Positions 49,768-64,000 of a stretch of 64,000 nt of DNA are shown piece by piece (the stretch's first letter is position 1; every line of letters starts with the position of its first letter). The translations under genes were made by a program, and so were the position numbers. Origin of the DNA: the human T2T-CHM13v2.0 reference genome, Homo sapiens; NCBI RefSeq assembly GCF_009914755.1, contig NC_060928.1. The stretch is one strand, 5' to 3'. The notes under the pieces are model-generated. The model was not told where the DNA came from. It did no database searches and saw only the letters and a list, made by a program, of their open reading frames with translations.

Positions 49768-52535
49768 CACAGATTATTTGTATTATGGGGTGACTATCTT
49801 TGCTTTGCTACATTGGGTTTCAGGATTGCTTCTGAAGAAACGATGAGTGCATCCTTAAAATGCAAAGAAGATATTTGCTGGGTCTGGAAGTACATGCTTA
49901 ATCTCTTTACAGTTTGGCCTTAAAGATACACCAGGGCAAAGGACCTTGAGGAGCTTCTGTTTTCTCAGGTTTCTTTTTATTACTTATACCCATGTTGGGT
50001 CTGTGCTGAAACCTGGCTTCAATGGCATGGCATTAGATCTTCTCAAGACCAGATGTTTTTTTTCTCATATGGAATCTTTTTTGAAGTAACATAAGACAAC
50101 TCTCCTTATTCCTAGACAGATGCGATCAGTTCATTGAAAAGATCATGTAGAATAATATCTTGAATCTTTCTCCATCTGACAACTGTAGCATGTTTTAGAA
50201 TGACATGGCTTTTGAGAAATCGTGTTTTCTGAAGAGCTTTGAAATGTGTGAATCAAGATGCTTTAAAAAAGAAACTCTATTTTTAAATAGGCATTTTCCT
50301 TAGTGGACAATAGCAAATAGGGAAATGCTTTTTAAGTAAAATGTAGAAGCCAGAGATGAAATGTGAATGAACTTGAAATTGGAAAATCTGTAGGTCGAGG
50401 TGCTCAATAGAAAAGCCCGGCTGACTCCAATCATTTTGTTTTTCCTCTCTGCAGTGTGCACAGCCAAGGGGAGTGTTTTATTCCAGACCCACACCAGTTG
50501 AGAGCATATTATTACCATCAGATCTAAATGTGAGCACTATTAATGGAAGCAAATGAAATGTGAATATGCAATTTCTTGCAAGTCCCTGCTTTGAAGCCGT
50601 TTTATCAAGGACAGTTCAATCAATTTTGATCTCTTTAAGGCTAATTTTATTGTCAGTCTTCTGTGCAGCCATATCTTGATCACTGCAAAATGTGCAGTTC
50701 CTGGCACATAGTGCTTAATAAATATTTGTTGAATGAATGACTATTTCTGGAACAGTGAGATTGAAAGCAAATCCTATTCAGTACATCAATTTTTATATAT
50801 AATTTAGTCAAAATGATACTGGAATCTGAGGTCCGTGTTCAGTTTCTGACCTCCTGTGAATGGATAGCTAAGCGAACCATCAGGCAACATTAGGGGCAGT
50901 GAAAAGCACCCAGCTCTAGGATTCAGGAGATCGTCGCATGACCTTGAGTGAGTCAATTAACCTTTCTGGGCCTCATTTTCTGTCTGTGTCTGTAAATGGA
51001 AAGACTTCAACTAGATCACTGTTTACCCAATTGTGCTTTGTGATGCATATGTTAATGGATGGGGTCTCTGGTGAAATAAGTTCAGCAAACCCAGGTTCAA
51101 CACCTGTTTTCTCGATAGGACTTCTTAGAGCTTCTCCTGTGCATGATGCATCCTCCAGTGGGAGAAGATTCTGTATCATTTCCCAATGCTGTTCACCTCG
51201 TGAACCTTGTTTGGTGGAATTCCTGTTACTGTTTCTCTGAAGTCCATAGTCACGACTTGAGAAACTCAAATCTAACTGATCTGGAAGTTTTTACAATATT
51301 CTGTTCTAAAGCAAGAGTTGCTATAAGCAAAATCTTTTGTGAAAAACACTGTTCTAGGCTCCAGTTTAAATGAGTTCTGTGTTATGGGAAATGGATTATG
51401 TGAGGACTTTGGAATTTCCTTCTGTAAAATATCACTCACCATTCATTATAGTTAGGTACTATGCTCTAGGCATTGTTCTAGATGCTGGGAATGTAGTTGT
51501 CAATCAAATTCTCTGCTGTCTTGGAACATTTATGTGAGTCAGGGGAGAGATAAGCCAATAAAGAGATCTGTACTATATTGCACTGCATTGCACTGTGCTG
51601 TACTGACCAGGATAGATAACGCCAGGCAGGGGTAATTGCTATGTTGCAAAAAAACCCAGGGTGAGTAGGGTGGTGAAGCTGCTGTTTTATTTATGGTGGT
51701 CAGGGGAGGACTTTCCAAAGAGCTGCATGAAGAGAGACCTTGACGAAGTAAGGGTTGGAGGGCTGCTAATGTCTGGGAAGGAGAGTAATTCAGGCGGAGG
51801 GAGTGGCAAGTGCAAAGGCTTGGAAATGGGATTGTTCCTGGTGCCCTCGGAGGAGTGTGGCTGGAGGGCTATAAAAGAAGAGCGTCATAGGATTAATGTT
51901 AATTGCTGTAGCAGCAATTGCAGCAGGCATGATGGAGACCCAGCCTGAGCTGGGTACACACATGTGTTAATTCATTTGACTCTCGCTGCCCTGTGAGGTA
52001 AGCACTTTTATTACCCCATTTTACAGATAAGGAAATGAAGGCATTGGCAGGCTAAATAACCAGCCTGTGGTCACAGAGCTCCTGAGTGGCAGAACTCAAC
52101 TTGAACCCAGGTAGCCTGGCCGTGGAGTCTTTAATCCTAACTGCTCTTTGATGGTGAGAGAGGATGCCAGAACATCTTCAGTCAGCAAATGCACTAGTGC
52201 ACAGATCAGGACATTCAGTTTTTTGTTCATTTATTACTGAAATAGTTAATTGATTCATCCCCACAGCTATACAACAGCAGATCTTCATTGTGTACCTGCT
52301 CTTTGCACAGCTTTGTGTTTGGAGGGAAGGCACCCTAGGGTTATGGGCAAAGTAGCTCTTACATGATGGACCAAATGCTTTCCTGGATTCTTATTTATTC
52401 CTCACATTAACCTCACATGTTATTATTTTTCCATTTTACAGATGAGGACATGGGGGCACAGAGGACCTTGAGGACAAGGTTGTTTGTCCAAGGTCATGGG
52501 AAAATTAGTAGAGGAACCAGGGTTCACCCTAGGTC

Positions 52536-52742
52536 AGTGGTTCTTAAATGAGGGAACTTTGCACCCTGCACCCCCACAGATATTTGGCAATGTCTGGAGA
52601 CATTTTTGGTTGTCACAACTGGGTGTCAGGTGCTCCTGCCATCTTGTGGGTAGAGGCCAAAGATGTTGCTAAACAACTTCTGGTGCACAGAGAATTATCC
52701 AGCCCCAAATACCCATGTTGCAGCACTCGAGAGGACTTGGCC
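52536..52742. mobile_element. MER20-type DNA transposon inside a MIR
   Basis: cagtggttctta...tttggcaatgtctggagacatttttggttgtcacaactgg. Confidence 0.75.
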
Positions 52743-53109
52743 AGGCGGGCAGACTCCAGGTCCCAGCTCCCTGTCCACAAGGCTACCTGCCTGAGATTGG
52801 AGGCTCCAGTGCCCTGAGTTTGAAGTTTGGCTCCACCATTTATTAGTCATCTGAATTTGGGCACCTTTCTGAGCTCCAGCTTCTTTATCTGAGCAATGGG
52901 CACATGAACCACACAGAGCGTGTATTACACAAAACACATGCCCCAGAACTTGTTCTGATACATGCTGAATCTTCTTTTATAATTACACATCCATACACCA
53001 TATTCATTGGTTAGAAGTGAGTCATTACGTCCAAATCATATTCAAGGGGAGGTGATCAGACTTTACCTCTTCATGGGAGGAGTGCCAAAGAATTTGCAGA
53101 AGAGATGTT

Positions 53110-54900
53110 TTACATTTTATGCTTTATTTTTAAACACTTGTTCTCACATAGTTTCAGACTTACAGAAACCTTGCAACACGGTACAAAGAATTTCTGAATA
53201 TTGTTTACCCAGATCCCCCAAACATCAATGTTTCACTGTATCACTTATCTCTGTTCTTCCCTTTTTCTTCTGAGTCATCTAAGATGTGATGCCCATTTAC
53301 TCTGAATATTTTGTTGCATATTTCCTAAAAACAGGGAATTCTCTCATCTCATCTACAGACTTTATTCAGACTTCATGATAATGTCCTTTATAACAAAACA
53401 ATCCAAGACCATGTGTTGCATTTAGCTGTCCCCTCTAATTTGAAAGTTTCTGCTGCTTTGTCTTTCATGACACGGACCTTTGTGAAGATTACCTGGCCAG
53501 CTACTTGGTAGACTTGTCCTTCAACTTGGGTTTTTTGGTGCTTTTCCATGATTGGATTCTGTCATGTATGTTGGGCAGGAATATCACAGATGCCATGCTG
53601 AGCTCCTGTAGCTCATGGCATGAGGGGCAGGTGCTGTTAATTAGTCCCACTACTAGCAATGTTAACTTTGCTCATGAGGTTACGGTGCTGTCCACTGTTT
53701 TACTCTTTATAATTAATATGTATTTCCTTTGGAGAAATACTTTGAGACTATGAAGATATCCTATTATTTCTCAAACTTGCATCCATTGGTTTTAGCATTT
53801 ATTAGTGGCCCTTCCCTGAATCAGTTATTACTGTGGTTGTCAAATAGTGTTTTTAAAAAAAATTCCATAATCTTTCTAAATGTATTGTTGGTTTTCTACT
53901 GTAAGGAAGAATATTTGTTTTATATATTTATTTACATCAGCATAGAATCTTGGTTTTTTAGTTTTCTGTTTGTTTGTTTTTGAGACAGGGTCTCACTCTG
54001 TTGTCTAGGCTGGGGAGCAGTGGCATGATCACAGATCATTGCAACCTTGACTCCAGGGCCAAAGTGATCCTCTCACCTCAGCCTCCCAAGTAGCTGGGAC
54101 CAAAGTCATATGCCACCATGCCCAGGTAATTTTTTTTTTTTTTTTTTTGTAGAGACGGGGACTCCCTATGTTGCCCAGGCTGGTCTCAAGCTCCTGGGCT
54201 CAAACAGACCTCCTGCCTCAGCCTCCCAAAGTCCTGGGATTTACAGGCTTGAGTCACCATGCCCAGCCCGGGTTTCTAGTTTTTATAATAGGTTATAATC
54301 TTTTACTTGACCCTGTTAATGGATACTATTTTGACATTCCAGGTATGGGACCTGGGGACACATGTGTCCCATTTCTAAGATATTAACACAATGCTCAGTC
54401 TAGGGGCAACACTCAGAACACTGTTTTCTATTGTCTTCTAAGACTGTCCCTGCCCTCAAATCTCTCAGTGAGCTGGGGGTATCCATACTTATCATGATAT
54501 TTAGGTTGCCCTAGATTTGATTAGTGGGAGCCCTTTAAGTTGATTCTTGTGTCCTTTTGACATGCTGTCATTATTCTTTGAGTAGTTTTTTACTTTTCAA
54601 CACGAGATATGTCAGACTCATCTTGTATATTCCCTGTCCAAGCCTTGGAATCAGCCATTTTTCCAAGGAGACCAGGGTTCCTTCTAGTAGAAAATGGTAC
54701 AGAGAAATCAAGATGTGGGCACTAGGGTGTTTATTGTTGCTGGGGTGACATTGTTTCTATATCCTCTTAAAAGAAGAGCTGGGAAATGGATACATGTATA
54801 TACATGCACACATATTCATATGTGCATATACACATATCAGTGAGCATCTCTATTTCTATGCCTACTTATGTAGATATATCAAATCCCATGCATTCATTTT
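53110..54900 (-). mobile_element. Ancient L1MC/ME-type region interrupted by an AluJ (about 53960-54268, -)
   Basis: Same L1M motifs as 35700-36900 (ttcagacttacagaa..., atcagccatttttccaaggag). Confidence 0.65.
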
Positions 54901-57109
54901 GATATCTAGCAGAAATATTTTAAAAACCATCACCTCTCGTTCAAATCTTGATTCTCTAATGTTCTAGTTCATGAGACCTGGAAGTCAAAGAGATTAAGTT
55001 ACCTTCCTAGGTTTTAAAAAATATTAAAAAGGGAATAATTAGTTGCTTACCTTGTAGTTTATTGTCAGGGTTATGTGCTGTGATGCATGTGGAATGTGTA
55101 AGGGCATTATACAATGAGAATTTAGAAATGGTCTTCTTGTGACTGTGTCCTTAAGAGCTGAGAGTACAGGGCAGAACCTTCCTGTTTCTATGTAGTGGTT
55201 CTGTGCTCCATTTTACAGGCAGTGTGGGAAGCTACTAGGGATCAATAATTCAAGAGTCAATATGCAGTAGATGGATAGAGTGGCTAAAGAGCAGACTAGA
55301 CTTGCCTACACCTAGAATAGGAAGAAATAGGACAAGATGTCAAGCTTGATAGGAGGAAGTTGTTGATATGAGGGGAGAGTTAAGCGGAGAATGTTGAGCC
55401 CATGTGGAAACCCCTGGGCCTCTAGGCCAATTCGGGGGAAGGGCTTAAAGGGAATATGAGTACCCCTACTCACAAGAGCAGGCAGAGCCATCAGACTTTT
55501 GCTTTGACACTGTTAATGAAGTACCATTTTGATATTGCAGGTATGAGACCAAGGGATACATGTCTCCCATTTGTGGGATATTAATAATACAATGCCAGTT
55601 CCAGGGAAAACACTCAGAATATTGTTCTGATTCTCTTCTAAGACCATTCCTGTCCTGAAAACTCTTAGTGAACTGAGAGTACCAGCACTCCACCAACACT
55701 GACAGAATAAAGAAGACAACCAGCATTTGTTGTCTATATATTGGGTGAGGTGCTTTGTATACATCTTCTCATGCAATCATTGCAATATTCTTGTGACATA
55801 GGCACCATTGTCCTCATTTGAAAAAGGAGGAAAAGGAGGCTGAGAGAGGTTCAATAGCAAGCCAGGTTATGCTTCTAGTAAGTGATAGAAGTGGGATTTG
55901 AAGAGCATCTACTCCTGGAGAACCCCCCTTTTGGGCTTTACACAACTCTTTGGAGGGACTCAGGAAGAGGAGAGCTCCTTCATGTATATTGCCCATGGGT
56001 CCTCTCCAGGTGAAGTATTTTGAGGTTCTGAAACCATTATCAGACTTGGTTGTAAATTCCCTCTCCATCTTGGACCTTTTCCTGTGCTCTTCCAATGGCC
56101 CTTTCCAATGGGTAATTAGACCTCAGTTGTCTACATGAGTGAGATCTGCTCAGCATGGAGGGGGCTCTATTTTTCTACACACTTGATAATTTGTAGATTT
56201 GGGAAAGCATGCCCAGTATGGCTTGTAGGGGCTAACACATATGCCCTCATTCATATGTCAACTTGGCTTCATGGGTAGGGGCTGCCTGGAGTCCTGGGAT
56301 GAGAAAGACTACAAAGTTGTATTCCAACCAATGACATGGAGGGGCCTGGTTAATAAATGATTTCTATTAGGAGTTTGGGAGGTGGGGGATGTGTGAATGT
56401 TCTAAGTACTTGCCATTCTGGGTCTCTCCGTAGCCCCTAAACCTGTCTGTCCTAGAACTACTTGAAAGTTAAAATATTGATGTCTGGGGCCAACTCCAAA
56501 TTAGTTAAATCTGAATTTCTAGGGAATAGGGCCTAAGCTTCACTTTTTTAAAAAAATTGGATGTGTTAGAATGTATATAGCCACAATCGAAAAACACCAT
56601 TGGTCTTCACTATCCTTAGGCATGTTTGAAATTTATCTGCCTTGATCCTGCCCTGATCTTGCCTTTGCTACAATATTAAATGGGCTCTTATTAACAATGA
56701 ATACATCTAATTATTCTCTAGATCTTTTATTAGCTTGAATTATTCTTAGATATTCTACCACATAAAATAATTTGAATGTATAGTCTTTGTGGTTGATGGT
56801 CTAAATAGCTAAACTCAAACCTCACTGCAGCTGTGACTAGAAAGTCCTCATTGATGGAGAACCCTAGAGGTCCTTTTAGAGGAGAAAAAATAATTCAGTG
56901 GGCCAAGCTGTATGTAATATTTTGCCTCTGATTCTCAGATTCCTTGTTGGCAAAATGGGAATGCAAAATAAATAAGGAGTCTATAGTCAGTACCTAATAA
57001 GCATTTGTTGAATAAATAAATTAGTGGAATACAAAATTAAAATACTTGTCTCATTAAACATCTAGAGAAAAAGGAGACAGATATAGAGCTAATCCATGCC
57101 TGTTACACC

Positions 57110-57712
57110 ATTTAATGCTAGGTGTATGGAAGCAGATACTGTGTCTCTCTAGTTTCACAGGCTCTCAGATAGAGAGGAACTGTACTCTAGGAGCTGCATG
57201 TGACTAGTCATTCTCAAGAAGTCCCCACCCCAATGCCTGATTTGATGAGATTCTGAACTTTAGTTGATGCTGAAGGGGGAGGAGATTTTTAGGGATCTTG
57301 GGAGGACCCAAGTGTATTTTGCATGGGGTGGAGGATGTGAATCACTGGGGGCTGGAGGACAGGCTTTTTTGTTCTGATAGAAGCCAGCAGTCACGTTGTG
57401 GGTGTTCTATGAAGAGGCCCAGTAGCAAGAAACTGGAGGTTGTGGGAGTGTCTGACCAAGAGCCAGCCAAAACCTGAACCTGCTAATAATCACATGAGGG
57501 AGCTTGGAAAGGAAGCGTCCCTCAGTTGAGCCTTCAGATGAGACCATAGCCTTATATTACTCCTTGATTGCAGCCTTTGGGAGACTGTGAGCCAGAAGAC
57601 CCAGCGAATCTTTGCCTGGGCTCCTGACTCATAGATACTATCAGAAAAACACTTGCTGTTTTAAGCCGCTAAGTTCTGGGTTAATTTGTTATTTAGCAAT
57701 AGATAACTAATA
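57110..57712 (+). mobile_element. MaLR internal 3' end plus MLT1-type LTR
   Basis: gtgtattttgcatgggg...gtgaatcactggggg then cccagcg...ttgctgttttaagccgctaagttctggg...agcaatagataactaata. Confidence 0.65.
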
Positions 57713-57940
57713 TAGAAGAAAAGGGAGAGAACATTTATTGAATCCTTCACTATACCCCAGGTACTTTGTAAACCTTTTTCCATTTCATCCTTAAGTCAAC
57801 CTGGATGAAAATATTCAGGTTCAGAGATGCTGGGTGAGTGTGAGGGACAGGATATGAATCACTACTGTTTGATTTGAAAGCCTGTGCTCATTTCTCTATT
57901 CCAGGATACAAACCAGGAGATGTTTTCTATTCTATGTTTC

Positions 57941-58265
57941 TTTTTTTTTTTTTTTTTTTTTTTTGTGGCAGGGAGACAGGGTCTTGCTCTGTCATCCAGG
58001 CTAGAGTGAAGTGGAGCAATCATGGTTCACTGCAGCCTTAAACTCTTGGGCTCTGGTGATCCTCCTGCTACAGCCTCCCAAGTAGCTGGGATTATAGGCA
58101 TGCACCACCACACCTGGATAGTTTTTTTTTTTTTTTTTAATTTTTATTAGAGACAAGATTGCACTACGTCACCCAGGTTGGTCTCAAACTCCTGAGCTCA
58201 AGGGATTCTTCTGCCTCAGCCCCCACAAAGTGCTAGGATTACAGGTAGGAGCCACTGTGTCTGGC
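57941..58265 (-). mobile_element. AluJ element
   Basis: Reverse-complement full Alu with J diagnostics. Confidence 0.85.
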
Positions 58266-58549
58266 CACATTTTCTCTGTTCGTAAAGTCAGCAGTAGAAT
58301 AGCTAACATTGTTGCTAAAGAGTTTGTATAGAGTGAGTAATTATTAGTGTCCCTGCATGCAGCCACCTGCTGTTGCTGACCTTCTGTGCCTCTGCAGCCA
58401 AATACACATCAGGTACATATGTACACACACTCCACAGGCACACAGATGCCTCCACAATACACATGTGCCCAAGATGCAATTGCGAGCACACAACTGCACA
58501 AATAAGCACACACATGTGTCTTCACAAAGAACTATCTCCACCTTCATTT

Positions 58550-58860
<311 letters not shown>

Positions 58861-59922
58861 TTTTTTAATGAAAGACACTTTGAGACAGTTCATACTTAAA
58901 TATGTAAATAGTGCACAAGATTTTGCAGCCTGAACAGAAACGGCCACTATAGATTTTTCTCTTTAGCAATTTTCTGTGTGCTGTAAGCAAATTTGAAATC
59001 TGGCTAGAGACTTCAGAAATCATGTTGACCACTCCCCATATTGTGCAGATGCGGAAATTGAGGCCCTGAGGGACTTGCCCAAATACCCCAGCAAAGTGGT
59101 ATGAACTGAAGTCCAGGTCTCCCAACTCCCAGTTGACTGTCCTTGCTGTGGCACTGTGCACCGTCGGTGGGGAGAACACTCCTGGTCCTTGGGAATCCAT
59201 TTCCAAAGGACATTAGGAGCACAAACAAGTTCATGCCCTATTCTTCTTTCCACATAAAAGAAGTTGATGACATTTATGCTTTCACAATATCCCATTAAGA
59301 TAGAACATTGTTGAATTATTTGTGGATTAAATACAGATGTGCAGGGATTTTAGGGCCCTGATTGATTTTCTATTGAAAGAAGTGAAAGGAATGTTAATTT
59401 ACAACTGGCAAATGTTAGCTCTTAGGAGGAGGCAAAACAGCATTTCAAAGGCCTGTTTTTTGTTTGGTTTTGGTATTTCATGAAAGAGATTTTTCTGTGC
59501 AAAGTGGCAGGAAGCCATTTTCAACAAGAGCTAAAGGGAATGAAGATTTAAAAAATGGACTGAAAACAAATTCAAAGGTGCCAGGCCTTTGTTGCTGCAA
59601 GCCCCTCCTGCAGGATGAGAGGCTGCTAAAACAAAATCAATAATTTAAGCAACTTTCTGTCCCTCTCTCCCCTGCTATTCTGGTAAAATGATTTGACATT
59701 TCAGACAACAAGGAATGAACATCAGACCAGGAAGAAAAGGGCTTGGGTATGAGTCCCAGTTGTGTGATTTTAAGTAAATGATTAAACGTTTCTGAATTTG
59801 GTTCTCTCATCTCTAATAATGAAACCACCATGCTTACATCTTGAGTGTAAAAAATGCTCATTTACTAGAACTCATCCCATATCATATGCCACATTAGGAT
59901 TTGTGCAGAGCGATCTCATTAA

Positions 59923-60228
<306 letters not shown>

Positions 60229-60725
60229 CTTGTTAATTCTTTATAGCAGCCCTGTAAGGAGGTCTGTTCATTCTCACCATACAGCTAAAGGTGCTGAGGC
60301 TCAGAGAACTCAAGCTCCTCACTCAGGGTCACACAGCTAAGAAGTGACAAGGTGGAGATTTAAACCTATGCTTGTCTGGCTAGGCACTGTCTTATATAGT
60401 AAGAGTGTGGGGATGACAGATTGCAAAACAAAGCAAAATAAAACTCACAGGCTCTGAAGATGTAGTGACTGCCTACTCTGCCCCTGTGCTAGTGACCCAG
60501 AGTTAAAGATGGGTTCTCATCATGGTCTCTGCTTCTGAGGATCCCTCAGCAGCTTGAGAAGAAAGCAAACCTGGTGGTGGCAACGAGGGGATCTGATACT
60601 TTGGATTCCATTTTGGACTCACGTTTAAAGTGCATATGGGCTACCCAGGTGGGTGTATGAGCCGAGGACCAGAGCAGAGGTCTGGGTTTGGGACCAACAT
60701 CACCAAAGATGATAGCCAACACTGA

Positions 60726-61091
<366 letters not shown>

Positions 61092-63576
61092 GCATTAACC
61101 CATTCTATCCTCAGACTGATGCTGTGAGGCTGCTGTCCTTACCTTGCTGTACTGAGCAGTGAGAAAACTTGCTTGTAGGTGAAAGTTAAAACCTCAAGGA
61201 GGATTCTTCTTGAAAGCCATCCCAGGGTTTTTCTATTTGGTGATTCATGATCAATCTTATGCCCCAAGTCCCCACATTCCCTCTATTTTGAGTCACTCAG
61301 TCTCATAAGAGCCCCTGGTGCCTTTATTTTGCTTCATTTGAATTCTGGATTCAGCGTGCATCAGAAATGTTCTCCCTGAGAGCTGGAAAGCATTTTTGTG
61401 ATGGCTGGGCTGGAGGGCCATTAAGAAAATAACTTTGCACACCAACAAAAAAGACTAAAGTCTTAATTGCTGATCAAAAAGTCAACAGGAAAGGATGCAC
61501 CACTGCATATATGGTGAGGGACGCATTGCCTTGGTCAGGGCACAGGTCCTTTGTCCCTGAGTCCTGTTTCCTTGTGTGGCTAGAGGGCATTTTCACACTC
61601 TCTGTCCACAAAAGACCTCAGGGGGAACCAAAGAGCAGCATGAGCAGAGGGCCATGGTCATGGGCATTGACTGGGTGCTTGCTACATGCAAATGCTCTGT
61701 GTTAAGCACCTTGGAAACACTAACTCATTTACTGTCCCAACAAATCCAGGTTGTAGGTACAAGTAATAGTCCCACTTTACAGGTGACAAAATTGAGGAAT
61801 AGAGAGGTCCGGTGATTTGCTCAAGATCACACAGTACATGTGGCACGGCTGAGATTCAGATCCATAAGTGAGACTCTAGAGCTTATTCTTCTCACTGAAC
61901 CCCCTGCCTCTCATGGCTATGTGGCTCACGCTCCCATAGACTTAAGTCCTGAGGCTGAGGAAGGGTCCTCAGATAAAAGACGTCAATTTCTGTGTCTTTT
62001 TTGAGCAGCCCTCATGAACATCGACACTCATTTGAGGTTACTGAGCGCATTTGCCTGACCTTAACATTGTCATCCCAAAGCTGTTTGCCAATTCATTCCC
62101 ATCTCCACAGCCCTATCTTTCTCCAGCAGTCTTGGTCTGTGGTTCTAATGAACATAGGAGGCTTGGTTCATTTGGATGCAGGAAGTGAGGAGGAATAACA
62201 TGAATGAGATTGACAAGATGCCTCAATTCTAATCTGTTGAATGGAGATACTTATCATGCCTCCTTATGCAGTGCTGTAAGGATTAGATGAGATTCTTTAT
62301 ATAAAGGACTTAGAACAATACCTGGTGTGTTGTTAGTACTCAATTAACTTTATACAATGTATTAGTCAGGCTTTGTTGTGATGATGCTACATAACAAGTA
62401 ATCTCAAAATCTCAATGCCAGCAACAAACATTTACTTCTCATTTCCATAGGTCAGCTGTGGTTCTACAGGGCTCTTCTGGGCTTGGCTAGATTCAGATGG
62501 GCCTGGATCTGGGTGGTGAATTGGCTTCCTATTTGCTTCACTTGGCTGTCATGAGAGGATCCAGGGAAGTAGCAGCAGTTATCTGAAGCATATTCATCTC
62601 ATGCTGGAGGACAGGATCACCAGAGGCCATGCAGGAATGTTTAACGCCTCTGCTTGGATGTGGCATTCACTGAGTCACTCACATTCCATTAGCTGAAGCA
62701 AGTCACATGGCTAAGCCCAATGTCAGTGGGGTGGGGAAGTACACCACTTCCATGGAAAGGAGGGAAAACAGATGTTTGCTGAATAATAATACAATACTAT
62801 GATCTACCACAATACTATGATCTACCATTATACTGTGATCTACCATTAACATTTCTTGAGTGCCTAATAGCTCTCAGGAAGTGTTCCAAGAACCAGGGAT
62901 TCTAGAGATGAATCACATAGCAGCTCTGCTCTCTGCTCTCAAGGGTGCCTTCACTACAGACTGTGGTCACTGCAAGGACAAAGGTGGCCCCAGGACAACT
63001 TAACCTCTCCTGAACTATTTTAATTCTCACAATTTCCCTGTAACCCCAGTATCACTATCCTTATTTTACAGACAAATAAACTGGGACTCAGAGAGGTTCA
63101 GTAATTTTCTTTTGTTCCCATGGCTAGAAAATGGCTAAGCCTAGAACCAAACCTTGGTGTGATTGTTCCAGGGTTCTGTTCTTTGCATGACCACTCTGGA
63201 CTCAAGTATTTAGGCAGAGGTATTAGAACTGAGATGCAGACTGACCAAAACTCTCATATCTTGGCAGGAGCCCAAGTCTGCATATGTATGAGCCTCATCC
63301 ACACATACGCAAGCTCTGGCTGAGACATCTGTAACCTAGACTTTCATAGCTGGGCTACTAACTTCAATCATCTGAAGGAAGATTCAAGTTATCACCTGCC
63401 ACCAATTCAGTTAATTATCCATAAACTTGTTTCTATATTGCCCTATGATGCTCAGTCCAAGCCCAAGTCAAATGCTCCCTCCTGAAAACTTCTCTGATTC
63501 CCTAGCCACCAGTTTCTGCCTGTGTTGCCTGTCCACAGCACCAAACACTTAAGACACTTTCTCCATGATCCTACAA

Positions 63577-63636
63577 TTTTTTTATTTTTTTGAAACAGGG
63601 TCTCACTCTGCGCCCAGGCTAGAGTGCAGTGGTGCA
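63577..63636 (-). mobile_element. 60-bp 5'-truncated Alu
   Basis: T-rich tail plus Alu 3' end; TSD catgatcctacaa at 63564-63576 and 63637-63649. Confidence 0.8.
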
Positions 63637-64000
63637 CATGATCCTACAACCTTGATGTATATATTTTAGGCAAACACTGCTCACAGAAAGCCCATATTCT
63701 CCTATTCCACCTCCACAGTCCCCAGAGTTCCAGCCCAGTGCTTGGCATTCAGCAGGGGCTAGATGAAAGTGTGTGGAATGAGTGAATGAACGATGGATGG
63801 ATAGAGGCTGCTGGGTCCTTAGGAAAGAGAGCAGATGAGATTTATTTTTTATTTTTGTCCCTATCCCCTCTTTGGTCCTTTGGAGGGATTTTAGTCAGGA
63901 TGGGTCTGGTGCAACCAGGTGATCCAAGGGTTACAGGCACAGAGGAAAGTAACTGGAGCTCCCTTTGGGTACCACAGTAAACACTGGTGATGGAATGCCA

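Noticed and set aside
62791-62850. Three copies of an 18-20-bp unit (atactatgatctacca)
   Set aside because: Ordinary slippage mini-repeat at an LTR/L2 boundary

Overview
Primate (human-like) genomic DNA, recognisable as the DRD5 locus on 4p16.1. About 1-28.9 kb is a mosaic segmental-duplication block of the OR7E ('7E') type. It holds three exons of an unprocessed EVA1C pseudogene, a solo HERV-K LTR5, an OR7E olfactory-receptor pseudogene, a SATR-type satellite array and an LTR-less HERV-E gag-pro-pol fragment that ends abruptly near 28,882. The rest is repeat-rich flank around the intact, intronless-CDS dopamine D5 receptor gene (47803-49236, +), with its CpG island, two known dinucleotide markers and a 5S rRNA pseudogene. 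DRD5 is the only credible protein-coding gene; nearly all other ORFs in the track come from Alus, simple repeats or decayed ERV/OR sequence. I see no strong evidence for a wholly new biological system. The best leads are a candidate splice-controlled uORF/alternative-frame switch in the DRD5 leader, a tiny L1HS-Ta insertion 9 kb upstream of DRD5, a candidate antisense terminal exon, the layered satellite structure, and an odd Tyr-codon transversion pattern in the HERV-E. Repeat subfamily calls and literature links come from memory of consensus sequences, not from a search.
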